Positions 15,180-30,029 are shown, counted from the stretch's first letter. The stretch: 64,000 nucleotides of DNA from Eledone cirrhosa (GCA_964016885.1 OZ024758.1:27094001-27158000); one strand, 5' to 3'. Notes: generated from the sequence alone by a model not told the origin. Numbers and translations are program-made.

Positions 15180-15885
15180 CAGAATAGAAAGGATTAGGAA
15201 TAAGCCAAATAAAATAAACTCAAAGTATAACAAGAAATACCTGAGTGTAATGTTCGTCAATACAACCCCTAGAGGTGAACTAGCTTATAAATTTAGAAGG
15301 GCCCTATAAAAGCTCAAATTAAATATTAAGATAGTTGAAATACCAAGTATTCCCATAAAACTCTAATTAGTAAAACATACCCATTTCAAAGATCCTTCTG
15401 TGCTGATAGGAAATGCATAGTCTGCAAGCTAAGCCCGCAAATTAACTGCAAAACCAGGGACGTAGTATATAGCATAAGATGTACTGAGGGACAGTGTAGG
15501 AATAAGAATATAACATACATAGGTGAAACAACCCGTAGCATAGGAGAAAGGATAAGTGAACACTGGCGAGAACTCCAGGATAGGAAAAACTCATCAGTAT
15601 TCCACCAACGTGCCAAAATAGAACATAGGGGCACATTAGAGAACATAGAGATAAAATTATATCCACACACAGAAAAGATGCAAAGCTCAGAAAAATCACA
15701 GAGGCAACAAACATGAAGGAACTCCAACAAAAATTAAACAGAAAACATGACTGGAATAGCAACATCACAACTAGTAAGTAAGGACACAATGAAGACCTAC
15801 AGACACACAAAAACCAAACTAACAAAACAAATCAGACACACACAAAATAAAAACCTAGTCACTGAGGAGGTCACAGCATGTGTGA

Positions 15886-15890
<5 letters not shown>
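15180..15890 (+). pseudogene. Penelope-like element 3' end: linker, Cys motif and GIY-YIG endonuclease remnant, followed by a pLTR hammerhead
   Basis: Reads VMFVNTTPRGELA..IKIVE..KTYPF..CADRKCIVC..NCKTRDVVYSIRC..TYIGETTRSIGERISEH.., then after a frameshift [18 protein letters not shown]. The hammerhead GTCA-CTGAGGA-G-GTCAC..GTGAT-GAA at 15858-15889 is cut off by (TA)n. Confidence 0.88.
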
Positions 15891-15921
<31 letters not shown>

Positions 15922-16045
15922 ATACATACACATATATACATACGCATACACATTCATATATATATATATACATATACATATCTATACATACATATATATA
16001 TATACATACATACGTATACGTATCTATACATACATATATATATAC

Positions 16046-16078
<33 letters not shown>

Positions 16079-16502
16079 CATATACATACATATACACATA
16101 AAAATATATACATATACTTATATACACACACACACACATATATATATACATACATTCTTATACACATACACACACATATATATATATAGTAATAATAATT
16201 GTTTCTAATTTTGGCACAAGGCCAGCAATTACCCAGTGCATTACTGGTACTTTATATAGTAATAATAATGTCTTTGCGTGTAATTGTTTTTCACCGCTCC
16301 TATTAATGACGTATTATATTCGATTTTTCCCGTTCTTTGCCAGGGAACGTTTCCACGAACCAAAGAATCGTCTTCCTGTCTTCCTCTGGTTGCAACGTTT
16401 TTTGAAATATTCACTTCTGCGTTCACAGATTGACTTTGTTAGTTTCAGAAGATCCCGTTAAGGCTGAAAGCAGCGATTCTTTGCTTAAACTTTAATCTGT
16501 TA

Positions 16503-16557
<55 letters not shown>

Positions 16558-16588
16558 AGATCAAAAGATGGTTAAAGGAGTTCCATGT

Positions 16589-16657
16589 ATTTCATTATGC
16601 GCATTTCAAAAACAAATATCATCATGCAATAATATTTATGTTTTCATCAGATAAAAC
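16589..16657 (-). ncRNA. Type I hammerhead ribozyme (left arm of palindrome)
   Basis: Reverse complement of the 16778-16844 motif with a 2-nt insertion in stem II. Confidence 0.75.
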
Positions 16658-16777
16658 AGGAGAACATGATATGAAGGCTAAAGAACACTTGTGGATAGTG
16701 CAGTTTTAAATCAACATATGTTGATTTAAAACTGCACTATCCACAAGTGTTCTTTAGCCTTCATATCATGTTCTCCT

Positions 16778-16844
16778 GTTTTATCTGATGAAAACAAATA
16801 TTATTGCATGATGATATTTGTTTTTGAAATGCGCATAATAAAAT
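16778..16844 (+). ncRNA. Type I hammerhead ribozyme, PLE family D
   Basis: GTTTTAT-CTGATGA-AAACAAATAT..ATATTTGTTTTT-GAAAT-GCGC-ATA-ATAAAAT, with palindromic stem III ATGCGCAT. Confidence 0.82.
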
Positions 16845-17208
16845 ACATGGAACTCCTTTAACCATCTTTTGATCTTATATTATGTATACTCCAGTCCTAC
16901 AAATTGTAGAGTGCTTCTTATCCGATATCTGCATTGCTTTATTGTACTACAATAAAACTCACCTCCTACATTATATATATATATATATATATATATATTT
17001 CGTTTCTGAATTCGTTTAGCAAGATTCTTTATCTGAAAACATGTGTTGAAACCGATATTGTTATGCTTTGGGAGGGTCATGTTGCCAATAAGAAACACAC
17101 GCACCAGTTGCTTTCACTTCAATTTATTATAAATTAAATTTATAACAAAAACAAAATGGCGTAGGACAGAACAAAGGAGAGGCACAAAAACAAAGGAAAG
17201 AATCCCCA

Positions 17209-17251
17209 GTCACTGAAGAGGTCACAGAATGTGTGGCGAAAGAACTTTGAC
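17209..17251 (+). ncRNA. Minimal hammerhead ribozyme, PLE family A
   Basis: GTCA-CTGAAGA-G-GTCAC-AGAATGT-GTGGC-GAAAG-AA-CTT-TGAC, lying inside an inverted repeat (about 17055-17136 / 17293-17374). Confidence 0.72.
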
Positions 17252-17366
17252 AATATATGAACAATCATCTGGTTGTGGAACCAACCAACCGGAAATTTAT
17301 AATAAATTGAAGTGAAAGCTACTGGTGCGTGTGTTTCTTATTCGCAACATGACCCTACCAAAGTAT

Positions 17367-17429
<63 letters not shown>

Positions 17430-17561
17430 GAGGTTATATTTAATTTGTTGGGATACAACAAGCTAAAATATTTTTATAACTGATATAAAGCACTCAACAA
17501 ATTATTGGAGTAAATATACAATATATTAACAAATGGAAACTATATTTATAAAACCATATTT

Positions 17562-17625
17562 ATTTCATTATACATATTTCAAGGGCCACCAAGGCAAATT
17601 ATGGTGCGCTTTCATCAGATAAAAT
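17562..17625 (-). ncRNA. Type I hammerhead ribozyme, PLE family C
   Basis: Minus strand reads ATTTTAT-CTGATGA-AAGCGCACC..GGTGGCCCTT-GAAAT-ATGT-ATA-ATGAAAT. Homologous to 9792. Confidence 0.7.
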
Positions 17626-17701
17626 ATAATACGGATTAGTTTTATAAATAAATATTGACATACCCTGAAAAAATGCAACTTTACCGGTTGGAGCTTCCTG
17701 G

Positions 17702-17742
<41 letters not shown>

Positions 17743-17964
17743 TATACACGTGCACACACATACGGCTCACACATACATATATATATACACACACAGACAC
17801 ATATATATAAATATAGTAGGGAGTACACTAACATAGATGGTATATAATATAGTGAGACATATTTTTTGTGTCTGTCAACCTCACTGGAAAGATATCAGTA
17901 ACCCAGTTTTCCCTTCATTTGTTTCCTTTCCTTTCTATACTGCCCCTACCACTGTTTTGGTGAT

Positions 17965-18069
17965 AGTCTCCCACACACACTCTTCCTTCCTCCCTCTCTC
18001 ATACACACACACACTTCCTGACTCCCTCTCTCTCTCTCTTATACACACATACACACACACACACACACA

Positions 18070-18126
<57 letters not shown>

Positions 18127-18209
18127 ACACACACACACACACTCGCTCTGTCTCTCTCTCGCTCTCACACATACACACTCGCTCCGTCTCTCTCTCACAC
18201 ACACACACA

Positions 18210-18258
<49 letters not shown>

Positions 18259-18302
18259 TCGCTCTGTCTCTCTCTCGCTCTCACACATACACACTCGCTC
18301 CG

Positions 18303-18333
<31 letters not shown>

Positions 18334-18562
18334 GACTCTCTCTCTGTCTCTCTCTCTCTCTCTCACACACACATACTCTCTCTGTCTCTCTCTCTCACAC
18401 ACACACACAGACCCTCTCTCTGTCTCTCTCTCTCTCTCTCTCACAAACACACACTTCCTTACTCTCTCTCTCTCTCACAAACACACACTCTCTCTCACAA
18501 ACACACTCTCTCTCACAAACACACACTCTCTCTCATACACACAGACTCTCTCTCTCTCTCTT
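17965..18562. repeat. Compound (CA)n/(CT)n microsatellite
   Basis: Direct inspection. Confidence 0.95.
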
Positions 18563-18694
18563 CTACGTTACACAAAAAAAGAAACGAAAAAAAAAAAAAA
18601 GAGCTAAAAAGAAAAGAAGTAAAATATTTCCAGCCAAATATTTGGACCTTTGATAAGATCGGTATCTGGAAGATGAACGATATTAATGAACAGG

Positions 18695-18952
18695 GTTGTT
18701 GGGGTTTAGTGGGGTTTGGGGGGTTTGTGGTGGGGTTTGGTGGGTTTGTGGTGGGGTTTGGTGGGGTTTAGTGGGGTTTGGTGGGGTTTGGTGGGATTTG
18801 GTGGGGTTTGGTGGGGTTTGGTGGTGTTTGGTAGGTTTGGTGGGTTTTGGTGGGGTTGGTGGGGTTTGGTAGGTTTGTTGGGGTTGGTGGGGTTTAGTGG
18901 GGTTTGGTGGGTTTGGTGTGGTTTGGTAGGTTTAGTGGGGTTGGTGGGGTTG
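18695..18952 (+). repeat. G-rich ~10-bp repeat (GGGGTTTGGT)n
   Basis: About 25 degenerate units, followed by a (GA)n-rich tract at 19005-19280. Confidence 0.9.
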
Positions 18953-19107
18953 TTCATTGAACATGATAACAAAAAAAATCGAACGAAAGAAAGAATAAAA
19001 GGAAATGAGAGAGAGAGAGTGGAGGAGAAAGAGAGAGAGAGGGGTGGTGGAAGAGAGAGAGAGAGAGTGGAAGAGAGCGCGAGAGAGAGAGAGAGTGGAA
19101 GAGAGAA

Positions 19108-19154
<47 letters not shown>

Positions 19155-19724
19155 AAGAGAGAGAGAGTGGAAGAGAGAGAGAGTGGAAGAGAGAGAGAGT
19201 GGAAGAGAGAGAGTGGGAGAGAGAGCGAAAGAGAGAGAGAGAGAGTGAGAGTGAGAGTGGAAGAAGAGAGAGAGAATGAGAAAAGGAGCTATTCAGACTT
19301 GTATAAAAAGTAGGGTATTTTATAGTGAGCTAAGGGGAAAGAGGAAAGAGAGAGTGAAGTAAATAGAAAGTGAAGCAGTTATAGAGGGGGATCGTAGGAA
19401 GGGAGAAGAAAATGAATAAATAGAGAGACATGGGAAGAGGAAAAGATAAGAGAAAGGAGAAAAATAGATAAGTTAAAACAACAAATTACTAACAAAGAAA
19501 AAAAAACACAAAAAGAGAAAGAGATAAAAAGAAAAGGAAATAGAAGCAAGGTGGCAGGAACATGAAACTGAAAACAGATGAGATGTAGGAGGAAAAGAGA
19601 GTTGAGAAAAGTGTGTATGTGTTTGTATATATATATATATATATAGATATATATATATATACACAACACACAAAAACAAGATGGTGTAGGACAGAGCAAA
19701 GGAGAGATACAAAATAACAAATCA

Positions 19725-19767
19725 GTAACTGGGGAGGTCACAGAATGTGTGACGAAAGAGATTTGAC
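19725..19767 (+). ncRNA. Decayed hammerhead ribozyme, PLE family A
   Basis: GTAA-CTGGGGA-G-GTCAC-AGAATGT-GTGAC-GAAAG-AG-ATT-TGAC, with a mutated core. Confidence 0.5.
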
Positions 19768-19847
19768 AACAAACCAACCAGCCGGAAATTTGTAATAAGT
19801 TGAAGTGAAAACCAACAGGGGCGAGTGTTTTATTGGCAGTATAACTA

Positions 19848-19937
<90 letters not shown>

Positions 19938-20159
19938 AATATATATATATATATATATATATTAAAGAGTTAAACAAGATTCAATGAGTACATCAAAGAA
20001 TGAGTTTTACAGTAGATTGGAAGCACTCTACAGTTTATAATTTTCCAGAGTTATTAATATTAAAATACAAATATTAATAAAATAGATGTTCTTTTGATCA
20101 ATTAAATTTTATTATACATATTTCAGAGGTACATCTCAGGGTATGTCATGTATCATTAT

Positions 20160-20212
20160 ATTTTGTCTGATGAGGACGCACTGTTGTACTTCTGAAATAT
20201 GTATAATAAAAT
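20160..20212 (+). ncRNA. Type I hammerhead ribozyme (family C relative)
   Basis: ATTTTGT-CTGATGA-GGACGCA..TGTACTTCT-GAAAT-ATGT-ATA-ATAAAAT. An inverted partial copy lies at about 20057-20133. Confidence 0.65.
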
Positions 20213-20646
20213 TTAATTGATCATAAGAACATCTATTTTATTAATATTTGTATTTTAATATATATATATATTAAATAATAATAATAAATTTGAAGACTAA
20301 AATCCCAAAAGGGCTCGATAAGGATAAATATATATCAAATATATAAGAACCGTAGAGCAAATATTTATTAAAATAACAGATTAAAGTTTAAGCAAAGAAT
20401 CGCTGCTTTCACCCTTAACGGGATCTTCTGAAGGGTAAAAGCTTTTACCCATCAGAAGATCCCCTTTGATAAGATTGGTGGGGTTTGGTAGGTTTGGTGG
20501 GGTTGGTGGAGTTTGGTTAGGTTGGTGGGATTTGGTGGGGTTTAAAAGCTTTTACCCTTCAGAAGATCCCGTTAAGGGTGAAAGCAGCGATTCTTTGCTT
20601 AAACTTTAATCTGTTATTTTAATATATATATATATATATATATATA

Positions 20647-21012
20647 CTAGAAAACGAAGAATCAGTGATGCATCTGAACTCAATTTATTGTGTGTTACAA
20701 TTGTTTCGCCGGCGGACAGCTCGAGACCTGATTATTGTGTGGATCTGTCTGATTCTGGACCCGCAGGTTCGACGGACACGTCTAATGATTTCGGAGCATA
20801 TTCTCCCACTGGGGTATACGGAATCAGACAGATCCACACAATGATCACATCTCGACCTGTCCGCCGGCGAAACAATTGTAACACACAATAAATTAAGTTC
20901 AGATGCATCACTGATTTTTCGTTTTCTATTATATCATACGCTGCTCTGTAAGAGCATAGAGTGCTCAATCGGCATACCGCCTACGGAAGCATTTTAGCTA
21001 CCATCAGACACA
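20647..21012 (+). mobile_element. Penelope-like pLTR fragment with ~105-bp inverted arms and tail
   Basis: Arms at about 20647-20756 and 20821-20928. Ribozyme 3' half GGC-GAAAC-AATT-GTA-ACACAC-AATAAA, and tail GAGTGCT at 20959. Confidence 0.6.
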
Positions 21013-21159
21013 CATATATATAGGAACGAGTAGGACCCCGACGGCTGAGCTCAAGCCGTTTCGACGGCTAATTCTGGACTAAAATCCCACTCTACTACCC
21101 TAAGTATTGAGTACTTTGGTGCGTTATGGTCCCCCTGGTTCCTTACCACATTTGCTTCG

Positions 21160-21259
<100 letters not shown>

Positions 21260-21479
21260 ATTTTGCAAGGTTTTTTATATGAAACGTGTGTCGAAACAAA
21301 TATTGTTATACGTGGGGAGGGCCATATTGTTATAATATTGCCAGAAATAATAACAGAACACACTCACTGTTTGGTTTGGGTTGGTTTTCGCTTCTGTATC
21401 TTTTATATCTCCATAGTAAATTTATTTGGCAATCAATGTTTATCATTGATTGACCAGCGGTTAAATATATATATAGTCT

Positions 21480-21521
21480 ATCAAAGTTCTTTCGTCGCAC
21501 ATCTGCTACATCATCAGTGGT
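21480..21521 (-). ncRNA. Minimal hammerhead ribozyme, family A relative
   Basis: Minus strand reads ACCA-CTGATGA-TGTAGC-AGATGT-GCGAC-GAAAG-AA-CTT-TGAT. Confidence 0.55.
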
Positions 21522-21733
21522 ACTATTATGTTTCTCTATTGTATTGTAATGTCTACGCCATTATACATACATATATTCGGATCTAGATGTTGAAACGGCA
21601 GGAGCTCAGCCACCGATGTCCCAAATCCTTCATATATATATATATATATATATATAGTCCAAAAATTTGTCGAGTGCTTTATATCAGTTATAAAAATATG
21701 GTTTTATAAATATAGTTTCCATTTATTAATATC

Positions 21734-21771
<38 letters not shown>

Positions 21772-21774
<3 letters not shown>

Positions 21775-21963
21775 AAAAAGTATGACCCCGACGCCAGAGC
21801 TCAAGCCGTTTTGACGGCTATTTCTGAATCCAGAAATAGCCGTCGAAACGGCTTCAGCTCTGCCGTCAGGGTCATACTTTTTACTATTTCCCACTCTACT
21901 ACCCTAAATATTGAGTACTCTGGTGTGTTATGGTCCACCTGGTTCCTTACCACAATTCCCTTG

Positions 21964-21965
<2 letters not shown>
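21772..21965 (+). mobile_element. PLE family B fold-back copy plus tail
   Basis: Palindrome centred in GACGGCTATTTCTG-AATC-CAGAAATAGCCGTC (ribozyme stem II). The tail has GAGTACT at 21913 and (TA)n lies on both sides. Confidence 0.65.
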
Positions 21966-22011
<46 letters not shown>

Positions 22012-22689
22012 TTTATTTTTATTTTATTTGTATTTTTATATATATATATATATATATAAATACTTTATCGGAGAAAGCTTTTAGCGATACTCCGGCCAAA
22101 TTCCAACTCACTCAACAAACATTAGGACATAAGTGAGTATATTCCTAATTAAACGTTCGGGGTGCTAACTAAATGCATTGTGTGGAAAATTGGCTGTATT
22201 ATTTCATATGAGACATATCGAATATATCTCTTCCCAGACGGATAAAATACCATATGATATGTTACAGGAGCTTTGAGAAAGCAACATCAAATTTCAGCCG
22301 AGAGCATGTTAGTTAATCAAAACAACAGAAGTAAGTTTTATTTCATCTTTATGTTTTTCTGTTCAACTTCCATCTGTCCGATGAGGTCAAAGCTGTTGCA
22401 TAACGAAATATATAATAGCGACTATGAATAAACGAAGTTAATTATCCTATAAATATGTACTTCACGATTATAAATATAGTCCGGAGTAAACAGACCAATC
22501 GGTGTACATCCTCGAGTGTTCTACTCTGCATACTGAAGCACCGATGATTAACTAACACATACTCTAATTAACATTATATATATATATTTAGAATTAGTAA
22601 TGGAGTAGTTATATATTGTGTTGTTTACTTTCTAATTAAATAGCTCTGTTCTATACATAGAGCACTCTTTTTTCCTTTGCTTTTACTTC

Positions 22690-24188
<1,499 letters not shown>

Positions 24189-24656
24189 TGCGGATATAGA
24201 GGTTATCTCCCTTGCTGAATTCCATGTGCGTTTTTTCAACTTGGGTTATGCCCTTTTATTCGTTCGGACAAAAGCTCGTTGAGGAAGTAAATTCCGGTCC
24301 GCTGCTTTCTAGAAGTCTTATATATTTTTATGTGGGCTGATAGAGGGCGGTTTAAGGATTTACAGAAACCCAAGAAGCTAGATTTACCATCTTTCTAGCG
24401 GGTCCGTGTATGCTTTTTACATTCATTTGATTTATTGATTTATTGATATTTTATCTGAGTGTCCCGAATCTTCCAGATCGTAATTTTTCGGTCGTATGGT
24501 TGATTTTAGACATGTTCTATGTGTGTTGGTATTTTAACGATAGTTATAGCTCTGATTTATCTGAATTATTGAGCCCTCTGCCTCTCATTTCGAATTTTGT
24601 TTATCGTGAACTCGTGCGCCGATTTTTCGCTACTCGATTATTCTACTATATATATA

Positions 24657-24706
<50 letters not shown>

Positions 24707-24752
24707 ATATATATATATATATATAAAAATATATATATATATATATAAAAAT

Positions 24753-24803
<51 letters not shown>

Positions 24804-24858
24804 TAAAAAAATAATGAATAAAACAATGAAACAGTTCCTTATATTAAACAAAAAAAGT

Positions 24859-25008
24859 TCATTATTTAACGATCGTTTCTAGGATATATATGTGTTAGAA
24901 TTAGCATGTATATTCAACAGATCTATGTACAAAATTATACAAAATTATACAAACTATCAAAATTAAATATACATACCAACACATATATATGCGGTCTTCA
25001 GAAATAAT
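24859..25008 (-). ncRNA. Hammerhead ribozyme with very long stem II (left arm)
   Basis: Mirror of 25008-25159. Confidence 0.7.
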
Positions 25009-25159
25009 CATTATTTCTGAAGACCGCATATATATGTGTTGGTATGTATATTTAATTTTGATAGTTTGTATAATTTTGTATAATTTTGTACATAGATCTG
25101 TTGAATATACATGCCAATTCTAACACATATATATCCTAGAAACGATCGTTAAATAATGA
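25008..25159 (+). ncRNA. Type I hammerhead ribozyme with 115-nt stem II domain, PLE family E
   Basis: TCATTATTT-CTGAAGA-[115 nt, with ATATATATGTGTT/AACACATATATAT and GGTATGTATATT/AATATACATGCC pairings]-GAAAC-GATC-GTT-AAATAATGA. Stem I is a perfect 9 bp. Confidence 0.75.
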
Positions 25160-25355
25160 ACTTTTTTTGTTTAATATAAGGAACTGTTTCATTGTTTTAT
25201 TCATTATTTTTTTAATATTTTATCTTGACTCTGTATTCCGTTTATCTTTCACCGAAAGTGATTTTTCATTGCATCTCTTCTTTCCATGATATCCGGATTA
25301 CATTGAGTTCTTCATACGGATTGGACACTACCGTAAACTCTTGGTAGATTTATCT

Positions 25356-26031
<676 letters not shown>

Positions 26032-26552
26032 TTTTATTGACAATGCCTTCGTAGTTTCATCAGTGATGGCTTATTATTCAAACACTTTGAATTCAATGGT
26101 ATTAACTAAGCTAATATCGGAGATTCTTCGAAGTCACTGTAAACTTATTTACAATATTACACTTCACACGTATTCTGAGTCATCAAACTATCATTGCTGT
26201 ACGTTTTCGATATCTGATATTTAAGACATGAAAATATTTTATGCTTTTTGCATGTGAATAGATGAATATATTGGCACATATTAAACAGTTCTTTGGCAAC
26301 CTATATGACATATTTGACGAATATGTTTCTTTGTATTGAGGCGTTGTTTCCCTACATTAATAGTTTGAATAATCATTCGTTTGAAATGATTAACAATGTC
26401 CTGATCATTCGAAACGAATAAACGAGTTATAGTCTTATAGAAGCCATTTCTATATGAAATTCACACACACACACACACAAACACACAAACTCAGGCAGAG
26501 AGAGAGAGCGCGAGAGAGACTCACAACACAGACAAACTTATATGTATATATG

Positions 26553-26625
<73 letters not shown>

Positions 26626-27186
26626 ACATATATACACATATATATTAAATGTATATATTGAGTTTGGAACTCAAAATAGTCTCTTAGAAAGAGATATTTC
26701 TGAGCCGTATATTATAATAGATTATAATAGAATATATATAAATATTTATGTGTGTGTGTGTGTGTGTGTGCGTGTGCGTGTGCGTGTGCGTGTGCGTGTG
26801 TGTGTGTGTAGATAGATAGATAGAGTTAAAGATTAAAAAAGACAAACAGAGAACAATTGCACAAATTAGTTATTAGTTTCACACTTGTTGGAAAAAGAAT
26901 ATTTCAACGTATCGGGTATTAATTCTTTATCAGAAAGAGCAAAACTAGGAGAAGTAGGAATCCATGTGCAGTCATTAGTTAGTTATCTGTTCTCTCTCTG
27001 ATGTAAAGTTCATATTTACAAGTACACCCGCAGATGAGCTCCTGTATTAAGAATTCTTTTGGATTCTATACCCAAACAATGTCCGGGTGTTTATCTAAAC
27101 TATAATAAAGTAAGGAGCTCGGGACTCCGTACGGTTTATTTTTGTTTATCCCGTTAGTAAAATAAGTTGGATTACTTTGAATAAAT

Positions 27187-27774
27187 AATTGTTTCTACTT
27201 TTTGGCACAAGGCCAGAAATTATTCCAGTGTATTACTGGTACTTTATTTTATCGACCCTGTAAGGATGAAAGGCAAAGTTAACCTCGGCGGGATTTGAAC
27301 TCAGACCATAAAGGGCCGTAACTCTTTTCTGCAAAGCATGGCGTCCGACCAATGAATGAATATTACATAATTTATCTACTAAATTTCGTAAACAAAAATA
27401 ATTTTGTAAAAATAAATAATTTAAAATTGACTTCTGTTCAAAGTTGCACTTACGGTATATCGTTGCCACCACCACCACCACCACTTCAACTACCATATAT
27501 ATAGCAAGAGAGAGTGTGTGATGTCAACACTTCCGGTGGCGATCACTTAAATAAACATACTAATTTTCTCCTAATGCAGTTTATATATAATTGTTTCTAC
27601 TTTAGGCACAAGGCCAGCAATTAGCCAGTACATTACTGGTACTTTATTTTATCGACCCCGTAAGGATGAAAGGCAAAGTCAACCTCGGCGGGATTTGAAC
27701 TCAGATTGTAAAGGGACGTAACTATGCTGGAAAGCATGGCATCCGACCCTCTACTGATACTGCCAATCCACCGC
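27187..27774 (-). mobile_element. Two MetaSINE-like copies (27187-27350, 27589-27774)
   Basis: Match the family consensus. Confidence 0.85.
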
Positions 27775-28267
27775 AGTTTATATATAATATCATCTTTTTT
27801 TAATGTATCATGGATTATGTTACTGATTAAATAAGACAGTGTAACGCAGTTTTCGTTCAATTTCTGTTTATATTGTCAATTACGATTTTATTTGATGTAT
27901 CATATCTACATGCATATATATTTGCGTATAATATCAATATACACACTACACATGCTAGCAGAAAACCACCCGAAGAGTGGTTTTACTGCTAGTAGTTATA
28001 ATGGTTGGTTTGTACACTTTGATTAATTCTTTTAATTAATTTATGTATACCATTCTATCTGTAGTCTATATGACCTTTACCAGGGTGTTATTTTATCTCC
28101 TATTATCTAATGTATTTTGTTATGTCTTTCTCTCGTTATGATTTATAAAGAACTCTGAGCCTCTTCCTTTAGCTTATTTGATAGTAGGGGGTAATTGTAA
28201 GTATTTAACTCGACCATTTGATATGTATGTGTGTGTTGGGGTCATACTTTTTCCTATATATATTTAA

Positions 28268-28474
28268 CCCTTTAGTGTTCAAACCAACCAAAACCGGCCA
28301 GAATTCTCTACCTTTTTCTGTTAAAACTGGCTGTAACTGGTCACGCAAACTGATGTTAAGGTATTGTTCTCAAAATAAATACTTTCAATATCTCATACAT
28401 TCGATATTATGTGAGATAAAGCATTTACCATGAAAATATAATAGTATATATAGAGTAATGTGAATGCTAAAGGG
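28268..28474. mobile_element. piggyBac-like MITE (copy without the nested insertion)
   Basis: TTAA-CCCTTTAGTGTTCA...TGAATGCTAAAGGG, homologous to 13600-14068. Confidence 0.7.
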
Positions 28475-28521
<47 letters not shown>

Positions 28522-29944
28522 CGTAAAATAAGAAAATATTCTTTAAAAAAAATTTGTTAAAAATTTTTTACTTAAATTTTTTTAAAGAATATTTTCTTAT
28601 TTTACGTCTTTTATATTATTGTTCTGCATTCTCCTGCATGGTGGTTCACACCTAGGTACTATGACATAACCTGTGTATTTGCTAGCATGGGCGTGCATCT
28701 GTGCGCTTATGTTAGTTGATATATTAAATTATCTATATATATATATATATGCGTGTGTGTGTGTGTGTGTGTGTGCATTAACAAATTGTTAGGTTAATAT
28801 GCCCGAGGGCAGTGCTTTGCATAAGGTTTATTCGTAGCAACAGAGTCTCACTGTCTGACTATGACCAGTGGGGAAAATCTCCAATCAACTGGAACCGCCA
28901 GAAATTTCACAATCGGAACTCTCTTCAGGGGTGTTAGGTCATGGAAATAACTTCAATGGTTCTGGCAGATTCAAACTTTTACAGACAATACAGTGTGGAT
29001 GGACCCACACTTCTTTGACATACATGATTAGCGCAGTAATTATTTCTCTTTACCTATACTTTTATCAGACCAACTTCGCTGAGGAGATCCTATAGGATCG
29101 AAATATGACCTCTTCTTTCACCAAGTGGACGTTACTGCATTCATTTTTGTGCTACATTTATAATGACAACAGTAGATTCTGCAGCAAGTCATTCAACTTG
29201 AAACTAGGGGGAAGTAAATGAAATGTCACAAGCAATTTTCGATGTTTCCGTCTTACTCCGATATACATCAATATATACACGCCCGCACCGCGTGTATATA
29301 TGTGTAGACATGTAACGATGTCAGTTATAGCTTGTATTTATCTTCCTGCAGTGTATTGCAGGGATTGATTCATAATATTTAGATGTATAAAGATATGTAA
29401 TGGGTGTTAACATAATTTCCATCAACGAAATACCACTCACTAGACATCTGTGAACCCGATTTACAAAGATGCTGCGTAAATTAGAACCACGTTGTTTGCT
29501 ATGCCTGAACTATGTTGTGCTAGAATTTAAAATATTTAAGCAGGCTGGACTTTCACCTGCTAAGGCCCTAAGCTATATGAAATTTGAGGCCCTTCGCTAA
29601 AGAAATATACATTAATATGAAGGATATAGAATTATATATATATAAATGAAAATAAAATTAATGTAAGCAATATGCCAACAATAATTCAGGTATATAAGTG
29701 ACTATACCATCAAGATGAAAAAAATATTTAATGCAAGATGAGGGAAAAAGTAACAGTGTTAATTCAAAATGTAAGTTGGGGAAAAAACAATACAATCTTA
29801 ATTTAAAATCAAATCAAGAAGTAATACTTATCCGTCAATTTGGGGAAAACTACAAATCATCCTTGTTATTTTATTTCACTATATATATATAGTGAAATAA
29901 AATAACAAGGACGTTTGGTTACTCCTTCATTACGTTTATTGGCT

Positions 29945-30029
29945 GGTGGCGCGCGTTTCGCCACTGATCAGCTCAAGGTTCGATCTGTATCGATCTAACC
30001 CGACTCTGTAACCCGCGGCTCGTCAAACC
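29945..30029 (-). ncRNA. Decayed hammerhead ribozyme
   Basis: Minus strand reads GGT-TTGACGA-GCCGC..GTGGC-GAAAC-GCGC-GCC-ACC..AATAAA, with two core substitutions. Confidence 0.6.

Noticed and set aside
16444-16485. Hammerhead in the CAGAAGA-TCCC..GAAAGCAGCG family (also 20560)
   Set aside because: The core reads CAGAAGA, with no NUH triplet and no stem I pairing, so it was not called.
18695-18952. Interstitial telomere
   Set aside because: The unit is a degenerate GGGGTTTGGT, not TTAGGG. It is kept only as a G-rich repeat.
22374-22422. Hammerhead candidates at 22375 (CCGATGA..GAAAT) and 27026 (CAGATGA..GGGAC)
   Set aside because: Multiple core mutations and weak stems. They are mentioned only as decayed candidates.
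27954-27992. Hairpin ending in CTAG as a Helitron terminus
   Set aside because: No matching 5' end, and the geometry differs from the two accepted Helitron-like ends.
28800-29240. Possible host exon in non-repetitive-looking sequence (also 16241-16426 and 51758-51866)
   Set aside because: No recognisable protein motif and no convincing paired splice signals.
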